Below, one piece after another: positions 11,021 to 21,198 of a stretch of DNA of 64,000 bases. Every line of letters starts with the position of its first letter. Position 1 is the stretch's first letter. Both the position numbers and the translations under genes were made by a program. The notes beneath the pieces were generated by a model. The model was not told the origin of the DNA and did no database searches. It saw only the letters and a list, made by a program, of their open reading frames with translations. The DNA is from Spirochaetia bacterium (lineage in GTDB: Bacteria > Spirochaetota > Spirochaetia > CADAEX01). The stretch covers positions 4,338 through 68,337 of the forward strand of contig JAFZIU010000106.1 of assembly GCA_017554185.1 (NCBI GenBank), in the 5' to 3' direction.

Positions 11021-12706
11021 CTATTCTTCTTTCATCACAGTGAAACTTCCGCTGGAGGAGCCTGCCGGACAGTCCACAGTGATTATGATGCCTGATATTC
11101 CTGTCTTGGATGTCACCAGCGCACTGGTGTAGTAATTTGTATTCGGTATATCCTGTCCTTTTACATAATGAAATCCAGTATCGCCATCAGGAATAACAAT
11201 ACCGCCATTATCATCACCGCTGCCGGAACTGCTTGTTTCTCCGCCGTCATCGCACGCTATTATACATGCCAGACAGCAGATCAGTAGGAACGTTCCAAAC
11301 TTCTTCCTCTTCCTGTGCAGCAGTAAAAGGGATACAAAGAGACCAATGCCCGCCGCTGCCTTCGGGTAGGAAGGAACAAGAATAGATTTTGTGTTATTTC
11401 TGAAGCAGACAATTCCTGATCTACCAGCAGGATACTTCCATAGATTTCCCAGGCCTGTGGTTTCGTAGTATGGCGATTGAGCCTCCACTATATTTATGCC
11501 ATGAACCCAGGTTTTGCTGTCGTTTACGGTATTACTTGTCCAGCAGGCATCTAGTATATCCTCAACAATATGAGTTATAAGCAGGCCATCTTCAAGACCT
11601 GCCCACCCGGTGCCGGTCAAGTTTCTTTTTTTGCCTTCGAGAATAAGGTACTGGCTGCCGTCGTCTGTAAGGTTTATTTTCCAGGCCTCGCGTGAAGTCT
11701 CTGTATCAGAGAAATTGAAAGTCTGAGGCTTGGCTGTAGGGGTGATTGTGGTGGGGGTAAGCCATCCCATATAGTACTTCTCCCAGGCCAGCAGCGGGAC
11801 GGGATCTAAAGCTTTACCACTTCCCCAGCTGCCGCCGCCCATCAGACTCCAGTCTCCTGCTCCTGCAGTTTCAGATGTGGTGTCATATAAATCTACAAGT
11901 CCTAAAGAATGGCCATATTCGTGGCAGAATGTTCCCAAGGCTCCTTCGTTACTAGCATATAAACATTCTGGTTGTATAGTATAAGCATTAAAATATTTTC
12001 CGCCATATTTTAAATATGGATGCGTTGCCCGCCCATTGATATATGCAGAATATATAAACCATCTTAGGGAGTAGATGTCTTTAAGATTAATGCCTTCTTC
12101 TTCTCCGATTCCTGCATGGATAACGAAAAAAGTATCAATTTCACCATTACCGTCATAATCCCATTTAGATAAATTTTCAACACTGAAAACTGAGGGATTA
12201 TTTGTTATAGCTTTATCAACGGCCTCCCACGCAATGTCACCCGTCAAAGTGTCCAGATCCATATTATCACTTTTAATTTCGTTGGTTCCGTAATGGGCCT
12301 TGTCATGATCAAGAGTATAGGGACCTATCACTGTAAAAGTAAGGTTAAGCTTACCATCGGACATATCCTGGTAGTATTTGCGCATGGAATAAGTGTTGTT
12401 CTGCAGTAAATCCAGGTAGTAGTTTCTGTAATCTTCATCAGTTGCACCAGCACCTAATAAACTGAATTGTTTATCGCTAAATTCAACCAGAATGACCAGA
12501 ATATTACGGTCTCCACCGACGGCGGGGGAGAGGGGAGAGATTTTCTGCAGCGATGAATCGGAAGCCTGTTTGGAAGGGCTTCTGAAAGGGGCCTGTGTTC
12601 CTGGAAGATGGATGCAGCCCCCATGTTTTGTACCCGGTTTGGGCGGTACAGCATAAAGTACAGCTGCTATGAGGCACAATAAAACAATACCAACCAGTTT
12701 TTTCAT
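11021..12706 (-). CDS. secreted M6-like (immune inhibitor A-type) zinc metallopeptidase with unusual C-terminal membrane hairpin and tail
   Basis: Signal peptide MKKLVGIVLLCLIAAVLYA; zinc motif FCHEYGHSLGLVDLYD (HExxHxxGxxD); C-terminus has TM-RKRKK-TM followed by ~75 aa Ser/Gly/Asp-rich tail. Confidence 0.6.
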   Translation of the reverse strand: MKKLVGIVLLCLIAAVLYAVPPKPGTKHGGCIHLPGTQAPFRSPSKQASDSSLQKISPLSPAVGGDRNILVILVEFSDKQFSLLGAGATDEDYRNYYLDLLQNNTYSMRKYYQDMSDGKLNLTFTVIGPYTLDHDKAHYGTNEIKSDNMDLDTLTGDIAWEAVDKAITNNPSVFSVENLSKWDYDGNGEIDTFFVIHAGIGEEEGINLKDIYSLRWFIYSAYINGRATHPYLKYGGKYFNAYTIQPECLYASNEGALGTFCHEYGHSLGLVDLYDTTSETAGAGDWSLMGGGSWGSGKALDPVPLLAWEKYYMGWLTPTTITPTAKPQTFNFSDTETSREAWKINLTDDGSQYLILEGKKRNLTGTGWAGLEDGLLITHIVEDILDACWTSNTVNDSKTWVHGINIVEAQSPYYETTGLGNLWKYPAGRSGIVCFRNNTKSILVPSYPKAAAGIGLFVSLLLLHRKRKKFGTFLLICCLACIIACDDGGETSSSGSGDDNGGIVIPDGDTGFHYVKGQDIPNTNYYTSALVTSKTGISGIIITVDCPAGSSSGSFTVMKEE

Positions 12707-12779
12707 TTTTCAGGCACTGTCCCTTCTTATTAATAATAACAGTGTATTTGGCATGTTGCAACAGGAAACGGTTTGGAGT

Positions 12780-14138
12780 ATGATTTTAGCGATGAAACAC
12801 GGATACGACACAGAAGATCTTATTGCCGCACTGGCCACCCCCTGGGGAGAGAGCGCCCTGGCTGTCATCCGTACATCAGGCACAGGCTCGATTGAGAAGA
12901 TAGCTTCTATTTTTAAAGGAAACAAAGATTTGACATCACTCCCTGGTTATTCCCTGGCATATGGCATGCTGATGGATGGAAATACAGCTGTGGACCAGGT
13001 GGTGCTGGGCATTTACCGTGCCCCCAAGAGCTACACAGGGGAGGATATGGTGGAACTCTACTGCCACGGAAGCCTGCCCGGAATAGAGGCTGTAATGGAG
13101 CTGCTCTATAAGACAGGCTTCCGTGCCGCCCAGCCGGGGGAGTTCACGCTGCGCAGTTTCCTGAACGGCAAGGTGGACCTGACCAAGGCCGAGGCTGTTA
13201 ACGAGCTAATCCTTTCCAAGAGCCGGCAGGCTCAGGGCCTTGCCCTGGACCGGCTCTCCGGCAGCATTTATGATGCCATAGACCGGGCCAAGCACCTTCT
13301 TGCCGACATTCTTGCCGCAGTTGAGATACAGCTGGACTACGCCGAAGACGAGGCCGACCCTGCTGCCGGATTCGATATGGACAAGCTGGATAAAGCTGCC
13401 GACATGTTAAGCCGCCTTGCCGCCACCTACCAGGTGGGCAAGCTTTATAAAGAGGGCATACGCATAGCCCTGGCCGGGCGGACCAATGCAGGCAAGTCTA
13501 AATTGTTCAACCTATTCCTCAAGGAAGACCGTTCCATTGTTTCCGACATAAAAGGTACTACCCGGGACTATATAGAATCCTCTGTTGCAGTAAAAGGCAT
13601 TCCTGCTGTCCTTATAGACACCGCAGGGCTCCGTGAATCGAGCGATCCGGTGGAGGCCGAGGGAATACGGCGCAGCAACATGGTCATTGAGAATGCCGAT
13701 ATAATCCTTTACCTGGTTGATGCCTCCGAGGGGCTTTCTGACGAGGATAAGGCTTTTATAAAAGACCATCCATGCATACCGCTCTGGAACAAGACCGACA
13801 TCTGCACCCGGCCTGCCCCGGATGGGTTTGTACCCATAAGCGCTGTCACCGGCGCCGGGTTTGCAGAGCTTGAGGAGCTTATTTTTGCCAAGGCTATGGG
13901 AAATCGCAAGGTGGATATGGCCGAGGCTGTCATCGATTCCCAGCGGCAGAAGGAGCTTATAGACAGGTCTCTGGATGCAATAGGGAAGGTGAAGATAGGC
14001 ATGGCCGCCGAAATGCCGCTTGATGTGGTGGCCGTGGATCTTGAAGAGGCTGTGAACGCCCTTGGGGAGCTGACCGGCGAGATAACCAGCGCCGATATTC
14101 TGGAGAATATGTTCTCCCGTTTCTGTGTAGGTAAATAG
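12780..14138 (+). CDS. mnmE: tRNA modification GTPase MnmE
   Basis: Start moved to ATG 12780 (MILAMKHGYDTEDLIAALATP...) to remove overlap with convergent peptidase; GTPase G1 GRTNAGKS, C-terminal CVGK. Confidence 0.9.
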   Translation: MILAMKHGYDTEDLIAALATPWGESALAVIRTSGTGSIEKIASIFKGNKDLTSLPGYSLAYGMLMDGNTAVDQVVLGIYRAPKSYTGEDMVELYCHGSLPGIEAVMELLYKTGFRAAQPGEFTLRSFLNGKVDLTKAEAVNELILSKSRQAQGLALDRLSGSIYDAIDRAKHLLADILAAVEIQLDYAEDEADPAAGFDMDKLDKAADMLSRLAATYQVGKLYKEGIRIALAGRTNAGKSKLFNLFLKEDRSIVSDIKGTTRDYIESSVAVKGIPAVLIDTAGLRESSDPVEAEGIRRSNMVIENADIILYLVDASEGLSDEDKAFIKDHPCIPLWNKTDICTRPAPDGFVPISAVTGAGFAELEELIFAKAMGNRKVDMAEAVIDSQRQKELIDRSLDAIGKVKIGMAAEMPLDVVAVDLEEAVNALGELTGEITSADILENMFSRFCVGK

Positions 14139-14139
14139 A

Positions 14140-16020
14140 ATGGACTTTGATGCAATAGTTATCGGCGGCGGCCACGCGGGAATCGAGGCAGCCCTTGCTC
14201 TTTCCCGGCTGGACTTCAACACTCTGCTTATAACCCAGAATATAGATACCATCGGAAAGCTTTCCTGCAACCCGGCGGTGGGAGGCCTGTCCAAAGGCAA
14301 CATAGTGCGGGAAATCGACGCCCTGGGAGGCGAGATGGCCCACCTTATAGACCACACCATGATCCAGTTCCGCATGCTTAACAAGAGCCGGGGTCCTGCT
14401 GTGCAGGCTCCCAGGGCGCAGGCCGACAAGTTTGCATACAGCGCACTGGCCAAATACACACTTGAGCACCAGAAAAGCCTCCATCTGTTCCAGGACACAG
14501 TGACAGACTTCATCCTCTCTTCTGACGGGCATTCAATAGAGGGAGTAATAACCGAACGCAACATGCGCTTCACTGCCCGGGCCGTGGTCCTTACCACCGG
14601 CACATTCATGGAAGGGCGCATATTCATAGGCCCTTATTCCAAGGTCTCCGGCCGTATAGGCGAGCCTGCCGCGGAAGGTCTTGGTGTAAGCCTCAGGCGC
14701 ATGGGCTTTGATGTGGGGCGGCTCAAGACCGGCACCCCGGCCCGGATAAAGCGCAGTTCTCTGGATTATGACAAGATGGAGATGCAGCCTGGCGACGAGG
14801 AGGTGCTCCAGTTCTCGTTCTTCGGAGAAAAGACAGTGCGCCCCAAGGTGCCCTGCTGGATCACTTATACAAATGAAAAGACACACCAGATAATTCGGGA
14901 TAACTTCCATCGTTCCCCTTTGTTCTCGGGCAAGATAGTGGGCACCGGTCCCCGGTACTGCCCGTCAATAGAGGACAAGGTGAAGCGGTTCCCAGACCGG
15001 CCCAGACACCAGATTTTTGTTGAGCCGGAGGGGCTGGATTCCGAGGAGATGTACCTTAACGGCATCTCCTCCTCCCTGCCGGAGGAGGTGCAGAATCAGT
15101 TCCTGCACACACTGCCCGGCCTGGAGCATGTGGAGGTGGTGCGCCCCGGGTATGCTGTGGAGTACGACTACCTTAACCCGCTGCAGCTTTATCCTTCCCT
15201 TATGACCAAGCGGCTCAAGGGGCTTTTCATAGCCGGGCAGACCAACGGCACCTCCGGCTACGAGGAGGCAGGATGCCAGGGGCTTATGGCCGGCATCAAC
15301 GCCGGCATGTACCTGCAGGGAAAGGCGCCGTTGGTTCTTTCCCGCACCGAGGCTTACATCGGCGTTCTTATCGACGACCTTGTTACACTGGGCACCAAAG
15401 AGCCTTATAGAATGTTCACCTCCAGAGCCGAGCACCGCCTTTCCCTGCGGCACGACACTGCCGATTTCCGCCTTCTGGAGAAGGGCTGGCAGGCCGGTCT
15501 GGTGCCGGAGGAAGTGCATCAGCAGTTTATTGAGAAACGCACCAAGATAGACGAGGTAAAGGAGCTTCTTTCCCAGCGGCACCTTGGTGAGAAAGAGCTG
15601 GCGAAGGCTGAAATAACAGAATTAAAAGAGACTCTCAGCCACCACATCGGGAAGAGCTTCGACCAGATAATCCGGGACCCGGAGATAAGGCTGGAACAGC
15701 TTCTTCCGTTGGATCCTTCCATAGGAAGCGGAGTACGGAAAGAGTGGCTTGACCAGATAGAGCTTGATATAAAGTACGACGGCTACATAGCCCGTCAGGA
15801 GCGGCAGAACAGCCGCATAGAGCGTATGGAGAAGCTGCGTATTCCCGAGAACTTTGACTACGATGCGGTGGAAAGCCTTTCTGCCGAGTCCCGCCTTAAG
15901 TTCAAAGAGGTGCTTCCTGCCACACTGGGGCAGGCCTCCCGCATCTCCGGAGTGCGGACATCTGACATAGCAATCCTTATGATTCATTTAGGGAAGAAGA
16001 ATGGAAGCACTGCTGGATAA
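14140..16020 (+). CDS. mnmG: tRNA uridine 5-carboxymethylaminomethyl modification enzyme MnmG (GidA)
   Basis: 626 aa, FAD motif AIVIGGGHAGIEAA, full-length GidA homology. Confidence 0.95.
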   Translation: MDFDAIVIGGGHAGIEAALALSRLDFNTLLITQNIDTIGKLSCNPAVGGLSKGNIVREIDALGGEMAHLIDHTMIQFRMLNKSRGPAVQAPRAQADKFAYSALAKYTLEHQKSLHLFQDTVTDFILSSDGHSIEGVITERNMRFTARAVVLTTGTFMEGRIFIGPYSKVSGRIGEPAAEGLGVSLRRMGFDVGRLKTGTPARIKRSSLDYDKMEMQPGDEEVLQFSFFGEKTVRPKVPCWITYTNEKTHQIIRDNFHRSPLFSGKIVGTGPRYCPSIEDKVKRFPDRPRHQIFVEPEGLDSEEMYLNGISSSLPEEVQNQFLHTLPGLEHVEVVRPGYAVEYDYLNPLQLYPSLMTKRLKGLFIAGQTNGTSGYEEAGCQGLMAGINAGMYLQGKAPLVLSRTEAYIGVLIDDLVTLGTKEPYRMFTSRAEHRLSLRHDTADFRLLEKGWQAGLVPEEVHQQFIEKRTKIDEVKELLSQRHLGEKELAKAEITELKETLSHHIGKSFDQIIRDPEIRLEQLLPLDPSIGSGVRKEWLDQIELDIKYDGYIARQERQNSRIERMEKLRIPENFDYDAVESLSAESRLKFKEVLPATLGQASRISGVRTSDIAILMIHLGKKNGSTAG

Positions 16021-16624
16021 AGGGCTTTTGGAACTTGGCATCTCTCTTTCGGCCGCTCAGCAGAAACAGCTTGAGACCTACTGGTCCGAACTGGCTTTGT
16101 GGAACGGCAAGTATGGCCTTGTGAACGCCTCAGGCGAAGCTCTTGTGATCAAGCATTTCCTCGATTCACTTTCCGCAGTTCCATTGCTGAAAACCATGAC
16201 ATTTGACACAGCCTGCGATGTAGGCTCTGGCGGCGGTTTCCCCGGCCTTGTGCTTGCAGTTGCATTCCCTGACAAAAAGTTCACCCTTATAGAACGCTCA
16301 GGCAAGAAGGCCCTGTTCCTTGCCAACACAGCAGTCATGATGCACGCTTCCAATGTGGAAGTCAAATCCGAGGATGCAGACCTGGTGAAAGAGCAGTTCG
16401 ACCTGGTTTTATTCCGGGCTTTGGGACAGTTCAACCAGTATTTTCCAACCCTGTACCGGCTTACAGCATCCGGTGGACACCTTTTTGCCTTCAAGGGAAG
16501 GCAAGAGGAGATACAGCACGAGATCCAATCCCTTGCAGCAGAGATTCAAGACAAGACAGAAATCAGATCTGCCCATGTTCCATTTCTGGAGGATGAGCGG
16601 AACTTTGTGATAATAAAGCGGTAG
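16001..16624 (+). CDS. rsmG: 16S rRNA (guanine527-N7)-methyltransferase RsmG
   Basis: 207 aa, SAM motif DVGSGGGFPGLVLA; follows mnmG with 20-nt overlap. Confidence 0.85.
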   Translation: MEALLDKGLLELGISLSAAQQKQLETYWSELALWNGKYGLVNASGEALVIKHFLDSLSAVPLLKTMTFDTACDVGSGGGFPGLVLAVAFPDKKFTLIERSGKKALFLANTAVMMHASNVEVKSEDADLVKEQFDLVLFRALGQFNQYFPTLYRLTASGGHLFAFKGRQEEIQHEIQSLAAEIQDKTEIRSAHVPFLEDERNFVIIKR

Positions 16625-16635
16625 AGGAGGCTTGT

Positions 16636-17472
16636 ATGACATTTGTACCTGGTGTTTTCTGTGAGAAAAAGGAAGAACGGAGCTGGTGGTTCCTTTTCAA
16701 GAAGGATAAAGTGCTCTATTTCGGGCAGGAAAACGATATCCGTTTCCCTGAGCTTATCTCTCCGTCCGAGCTTGGACTCAAGACTACAGAGCCACAGTTC
16801 ATAGGCACCATTGATGGAAAGAACGCCTTTGCCGCCCAGGTGTTTGAAGGGGAGGAGATCTGCTACAACTGCTGCGGCGTGGCCCAGTACAACTACTCAG
16901 GCCTCCGGGAGCTCTACACTGCAGTCGGCCGCGAGATGTTCACAATAGTGGGCCGTGCCCTCCATATCTGCCGCTGGCACGAAAGCTGGAAGTTCTGCCC
17001 AAGCTGCGGTGCTCCCATGGAGGATTCAAAGACAGAGCGGGCCAAGGTCTGCACTAAATGCGGCCGCATCGACTACCCGGTTCTCTCTCCTGCTGTAATC
17101 ACAGCTGTGACCAAGGGGGACAAGCTCCTTCTGGCCCACAATGTACGCTTCACAGACGGCCGCTACAGCATAATCGCCGGCTTTATTGAGAGCGGCGAGA
17201 GCGCAGAGGATGCAATCCGGCGCGAGATTATGGAAGAGGTTAAGATCAAGGTCAAGAACATACGCTACTTCGGCAGCCAGTGCTGGCCTTTCCCCAATTC
17301 CTTCATGCTGGGCTTCACTGCCGAATACGAATCTGGCGAAGTCACCCCCGACGGGGTGGAGATAGACAAGGCCGGGTGGTTCTCGGCCGACGAGCTTCCT
17401 AAGCTACCATCCTTTGCCAGCATAAGCAGGGCTCTGATCGAGGATTTCAAGAAAAACCACCCTGTTAAATAA
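16636..17472 (+). CDS. nudC: NAD+ diphosphatase (NudC-type Nudix hydrolase with zinc ribbon)
   Basis: Zinc ribbon CPSCG...CTKCG, Nudix box GFIESGESAEDAIRREIMEEVKI. Confidence 0.75.
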   Translation: MTFVPGVFCEKKEERSWWFLFKKDKVLYFGQENDIRFPELISPSELGLKTTEPQFIGTIDGKNAFAAQVFEGEEICYNCCGVAQYNYSGLRELYTAVGREMFTIVGRALHICRWHESWKFCPSCGAPMEDSKTERAKVCTKCGRIDYPVLSPAVITAVTKGDKLLLAHNVRFTDGRYSIIAGFIESGESAEDAIRREIMEEVKIKVKNIRYFGSQCWPFPNSFMLGFTAEYESGEVTPDGVEIDKAGWFSADELPKLPSFASISRALIEDFKKNHPVK

Positions 17473-17645
17473 CTTTTTGTTATTTAAATTATGAAAAAAA
17501 ATACTCAAAAATCGGCCTGTTGGTAAAATCAGAAGGTAGAAGAAAAAACCATAATATAGTAAACTTTTTTCGGCTATATAAATATAGTCTATACTTTACG
17601 GAGTATGAACGTAAGTTTCACATAATAACCGACAGGAGGATTAAG

Positions 17646-19196
17646 TTGGGTAACAAAGAAGCCTTACAGAAGTTTAAGGACATGCGTTCCAAAATGCTTG
17701 CAGGCGGCGGTGATGACCAGATCGCTAAGCAGCATGAGAGAGGAAAGCTGACTGCCAGAGAGAGAATCAACCTTCTTTTCGACGAGGGTTCATTCATTGA
17801 AGACGGCACCTACATGACAGGACGTGCCGACAAGTTCGGACTCGACAAGAAGAAATTCTTGGGAGACGGAGTTGTAACTGGCTGCGGAAAAGTTGACGGA
17901 AAGCAGGTTTTCGTTTCATCACAGGATTTCACAGTCCTTGGCGGATCCCTGGGAGAGATGCATGCAGAGCGCATTGCAAACGCACAGGCTCTTGCACTTA
18001 AGAACGGAACACCATTCGTTCAGGTTAACGATTCCGGCGGAGCAAGAATCCAGGAAGGTATCCTGGCCCTCGGCGGTTATGGAAAACTCTTCAGAAACAA
18101 CACTATTTCTTCCGGTGTAATCCCACAGATTTCTGTAATCTTAGGACCATGTGCCGGCGGAGCAGTTTATTCACCAGCTATCACAGACTTCATCTTCATG
18201 GTTGACGGTGTTTCCAACATGTACATCACCGGACCAGATGTAATCAAGGCTGTAACAGGCGAGGAAATCTCTCACGAGGCTCTCGGCGGAGCAGGAGCAC
18301 ACTGCGGAATCAGCGGTGTAGCACACTTCCGGTATCCTACCGAGGAAGCTTGTCTTGAAGGCGTAAGAAAGCTTCTCAACTATCTCCCTGCAAACAACAT
18401 GGAGCCATCTCCGGTTGCACCTTGCACAGACCCTGTTGACAGAGAGACCCCGGAGCTCATGGACATTCTCCCGGACAACATCAACCAGGGCTATGACATC
18501 AAAGAGTTCATCTACTCAATCTTCGATGCAGACAGCTTCCTGGAAGTACAGGCAGACTTCGCAAAGAACGTTGTAGTAGGTTTCGCAAAGCTGAACGGCC
18601 GGACAGTGGGCGTTTTCGCAAACAACCCTAAGTTCTTCGCCGCTTCCCTGGATATCAACTCATCCGACAAGGGTGCACGGTTCATCCGGTTCTGCGATGC
18701 ATTCAACATTCCTATCGTTTCACTGGTAGACGTACCGGGCTTCCTCCCAGGCGTTGAGCAGGAGCACGGTGGAATCATCCGCCACGGAGCAAAGATCCTC
18801 TACGCTATTGCAGAGGCAACAGTTCCAAAAGTAGCACTTATCATCAGAAAGTCCTACGGTGGAGCATTCATCGCAATGTCTGCTAAGCAGCTGGGCTATG
18901 ACCGGACACTGGCATTCCCGACATCACAGATCGCTGTAATGGGCGCTCAGGGTGCTGCAAACATCATCTTCAGAAAAGAGATCAATGCTGCTGCTGATCC
19001 AGCTGCAAAGAGAGCAGAGAAGATTGCAGAGTTCGAGGCAGAGGTTATGAACCCATTCGTTGCAGCCGGCTACGGATATGTTGACGATGTCATCGATCCT
19101 AAGTATGCAAGAATCGAGCTCATCAGATCTGTAGAGATGCACATCACCAAGAGAGAAGACAGACCTGCTAAGAAGCACGGAAACATTCCTCTGTAA
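17646..19196 (+). CDS. mmdA: methylmalonyl-CoA decarboxylase alpha subunit (carboxyltransferase, propionyl-CoA carboxylase beta-chain family)
   Basis: Start set to TTG 17646 preceded by AGGAGG at 17634-17639 (6-nt spacer); N-terminus MGNKEALQKFKDMRSKMLAGGGDDQIAKQHERGKLTARERINLLFDEGSF matches MmdA/PccB. Confidence 0.85.
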   Translation: MGNKEALQKFKDMRSKMLAGGGDDQIAKQHERGKLTARERINLLFDEGSFIEDGTYMTGRADKFGLDKKKFLGDGVVTGCGKVDGKQVFVSSQDFTVLGGSLGEMHAERIANAQALALKNGTPFVQVNDSGGARIQEGILALGGYGKLFRNNTISSGVIPQISVILGPCAGGAVYSPAITDFIFMVDGVSNMYITGPDVIKAVTGEEISHEALGGAGAHCGISGVAHFRYPTEEACLEGVRKLLNYLPANNMEPSPVAPCTDPVDRETPELMDILPDNINQGYDIKEFIYSIFDADSFLEVQADFAKNVVVGFAKLNGRTVGVFANNPKFFAASLDINSSDKGARFIRFCDAFNIPIVSLVDVPGFLPGVEQEHGGIIRHGAKILYAIAEATVPKVALIIRKSYGGAFIAMSAKQLGYDRTLAFPTSQIAVMGAQGAANIIFRKEINAAADPAAKRAEKIAEFEAEVMNPFVAAGYGYVDDVIDPKYARIELIRSVEMHITKREDRPAKKHGNIPL

Positions 19197-19210
19197 TATT
19201 GGAGTAGAGT

Positions 19211-19558
19211 ATGGATATAGAAGTATTCAGCTATACACTGGTTTCCACAATCGTCGGACTTTTTGTGGTATTCTCCTTCCTTGCTATCCTGGCTATCGTC
19301 ATGGTTATCCTGGGAAAATGGGATATTGCAAAATCCAAGAAAGCAGCTCCTAAGGCTGCAGCTGCCGCTCCTGCCGCACAGGCAGAGGCTCCGAAGGCAG
19401 AGAGCATGGACTGGCTTATCGCTGCTGTAGCCGCATTTGTGGCACAGGACGAGGAGCCTGTATCTGCAGAGGCATGGACACCAAGTGATATTTTAAGAGA
19501 GAGCCCATGGGCAAAGGCACCGCGGGTATCAAAAAGACTTTCTGGAGTTAACAGATGA
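19211..19558 (+). CDS. mmdD: Na+-decarboxylase gamma/delta subunit (OadG/MmdD family)
   Basis: 115 aa, single N-terminal TM, Ala/Pro-rich linker, OadG-like architecture. Confidence 0.7.
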   Translation: MDIEVFSYTLVSTIVGLFVVFSFLAILAIVMVILGKWDIAKSKKAAPKAAAAAPAAQAEAPKAESMDWLIAAVAAFVAQDEEPVSAEAWTPSDILRESPWAKAPRVSKRLSGVNR

Positions 19559-19980
19559 AAAAAGAGATTAATTTTGAGTTCGATGGTAACAAGTATAAAG
19601 TAGACGTTGAGTCAGACGGTGAAAACCTTGTTATCACAAAAGATGGAAAGACATACAATGTAAAGCTTATCGGCGGCGCTGCTAAGAAGCCAGCTCCACG
19701 GAAGGCTCCTGCTGCAGCACCTGCAGCAGCTCCTGTTGCCGCTCCTGCACCAGTTGCAGCTGCAGGCGCAAAGGACGTAGTAGCCCCAATGCCTGGAACA
19801 ATCAAGGATGTAAAGGTAAAGGTCGGCGACGCAGTGAAGAACGGACAGCTGGTCTGCATCATGGAAGCTATGAAGATGGATATGGAAGTGTTTGCTTCTG
19901 CTGACGGAACTGTAGCTGAAGTTTGCCTTGCAGGCGGTTCCAGCGTACAGAAGGGCCAGGCTATCGTTAAACTGGCATAA
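19555..19980 (+). CDS. mmdC: biotin carboxyl carrier protein subunit
   Basis: Ala/Pro linker then biotinyl domain with [12 protein letters not shown] (EAMKM biotin-lysine motif). Confidence 0.85.
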   Translation: MKKEINFEFDGNKYKVDVESDGENLVITKDGKTYNVKLIGGAAKKPAPRKAPAAAPAAAPVAAPAPVAAAGAKDVVAPMPGTIKDVKVKVGDAVKNGQLVCIMEAMKMDMEVFASADGTVAEVCLAGGSSVQKGQAIVKLA

Positions 19981-19991
19981 GGGGTAATTGC

Positions 19992-21107
19992 ATGTTTGAA
20001 TTATTGACAAATTTCTTGTCCAATACAGGTTTTGCAAACCTTACATGGCAGTACCTGGTCATGATCGGCATGGGCTGTTTCCTGCTGTATCTGGGTATTG
20101 TGCGTGGGTTTGAGCCGCTGCTCCTGGTTCCGATCGGATTCGGTTGTATTCTCTGCAACCTTCCTATCACAGGACTTATGGAGGAAGGCGGTCTGCTTAG
20201 GTACTTCTATTTCGGAGTAGAGCACGGTCTGTTCCCACCTATCATCTTCCTTGGTATCGGTGCAATGACAGACTTCGGTCCGCTTCTGGCAAACCCGATC
20301 ACATTCCTTCTGGGTGCAGCTGCCCAGCTGGGTATCTTCGTCACCCTTATCGGAGCAAGAGCCCTGGGATTCACATTCTGTGAAGCTGCTTCCATCGGTA
20401 TCATCGGCGGAGCCGACGGTCCTACCGCTATCTTCCTGACATCCAAGCTGGCACCGCACCTCCTGGGACCTATCGCTGTTGCAGCATACTCCTACATGGC
20501 ACTGGTTCCATTTATCCAGCCACCTATCATCAAGGCTCTTACCTCCAAGAAAGACCGGATGATCCACATGGCAGAGGTACGGCAGGCTTCCAAGACTGTA
20601 AAGATCCTGTTCCCTATCATCGTATGTATCCTGGCATCATTGCTGGTACCAGATGCAGCATCCCTTTTAGGTATGCTCATGCTGGGTAACCTGTTCAAGG
20701 AGTGCGGTGTTACAGAAAGACTTACCAAGACAGCTGGAAACGAGCTTATCAACATCGTTACCATCTTCCTGGGTCTTGCAGTAGGTTCCAAGATGTCTGC
20801 AGAGCACTTCCTGACAATCCAGACAATCATGATCATCTGTATGGGTCTGGTTGCATTCTGTTTCGGAACTGCAGGTGGAGTTCTCCTGGGACAGCTTCTC
20901 AAGATCATCACAAAGGGCAGAGTAAACCCGATGATCGGTGCTGCCGGAGTATCGGCTGTACCAATGGCTGCCAGAGTAGTCCAGAAGGTAGGACAGCAGG
21001 AAGATCCTTCCAACTTCCTCCTTATGAACGCTATGGGACCGAACGTTGCCGGAGTTATCGGATCTGCAGTTGCTGCAGGTATCCTCCTTTCTCTGTCACG
21101 CGGCTGA
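19992..21107 (+). CDS. mmdB: Na+-transporting decarboxylase beta subunit (OadB/MmdB)
   Basis: 371 aa polytopic membrane protein with OadB-family conserved stretches ([23 protein letters not shown]). Confidence 0.85.
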   Translation: MFELLTNFLSNTGFANLTWQYLVMIGMGCFLLYLGIVRGFEPLLLVPIGFGCILCNLPITGLMEEGGLLRYFYFGVEHGLFPPIIFLGIGAMTDFGPLLANPITFLLGAAAQLGIFVTLIGARALGFTFCEAASIGIIGGADGPTAIFLTSKLAPHLLGPIAVAAYSYMALVPFIQPPIIKALTSKKDRMIHMAEVRQASKTVKILFPIIVCILASLLVPDAASLLGMLMLGNLFKECGVTERLTKTAGNELINIVTIFLGLAVGSKMSAEHFLTIQTIMIICMGLVAFCFGTAGGVLLGQLLKIITKGRVNPMIGAAGVSAVPMAARVVQKVGQQEDPSNFLLMNAMGPNVAGVIGSAVAAGILLSLSRG

Positions 21108-21123
21108 TAAACTGATTTATCGT

Positions 21124-21155
21124 CAAGCTCCCCGATTGGGGAGCTTTTTTTTGCC
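21124..21155 (+). terminator. rho-independent terminator after mmd operon
   Basis: AGCTCCCC-gatt-GGGGAGCT stem then T8. Confidence 0.8.
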
Positions 21156-21198
21156 TTTTCGGCTTGAAAAAAGGGGATTTTCAAGGTAACATTTACCT

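Noticed and set aside
17473-17645. AT-rich hairpin AAATAAC-ttttt-GTTATTT after nudC as a terminator
   Set aside because: Stem is all A/T with a weak, interrupted U-tract; could equally be part of the mmdA promoter region. Not reported as a feature.
19300-19800. GC-rich short repeats (GCTGCCGCTCCTGCCGCA...) that might suggest a repeat array
   Set aside because: They encode the Ala/Pro linkers of the MmdD and biotin-carrier subunits. They are irregular, in-frame, and lack the spacer/repeat periodicity of CRISPR.
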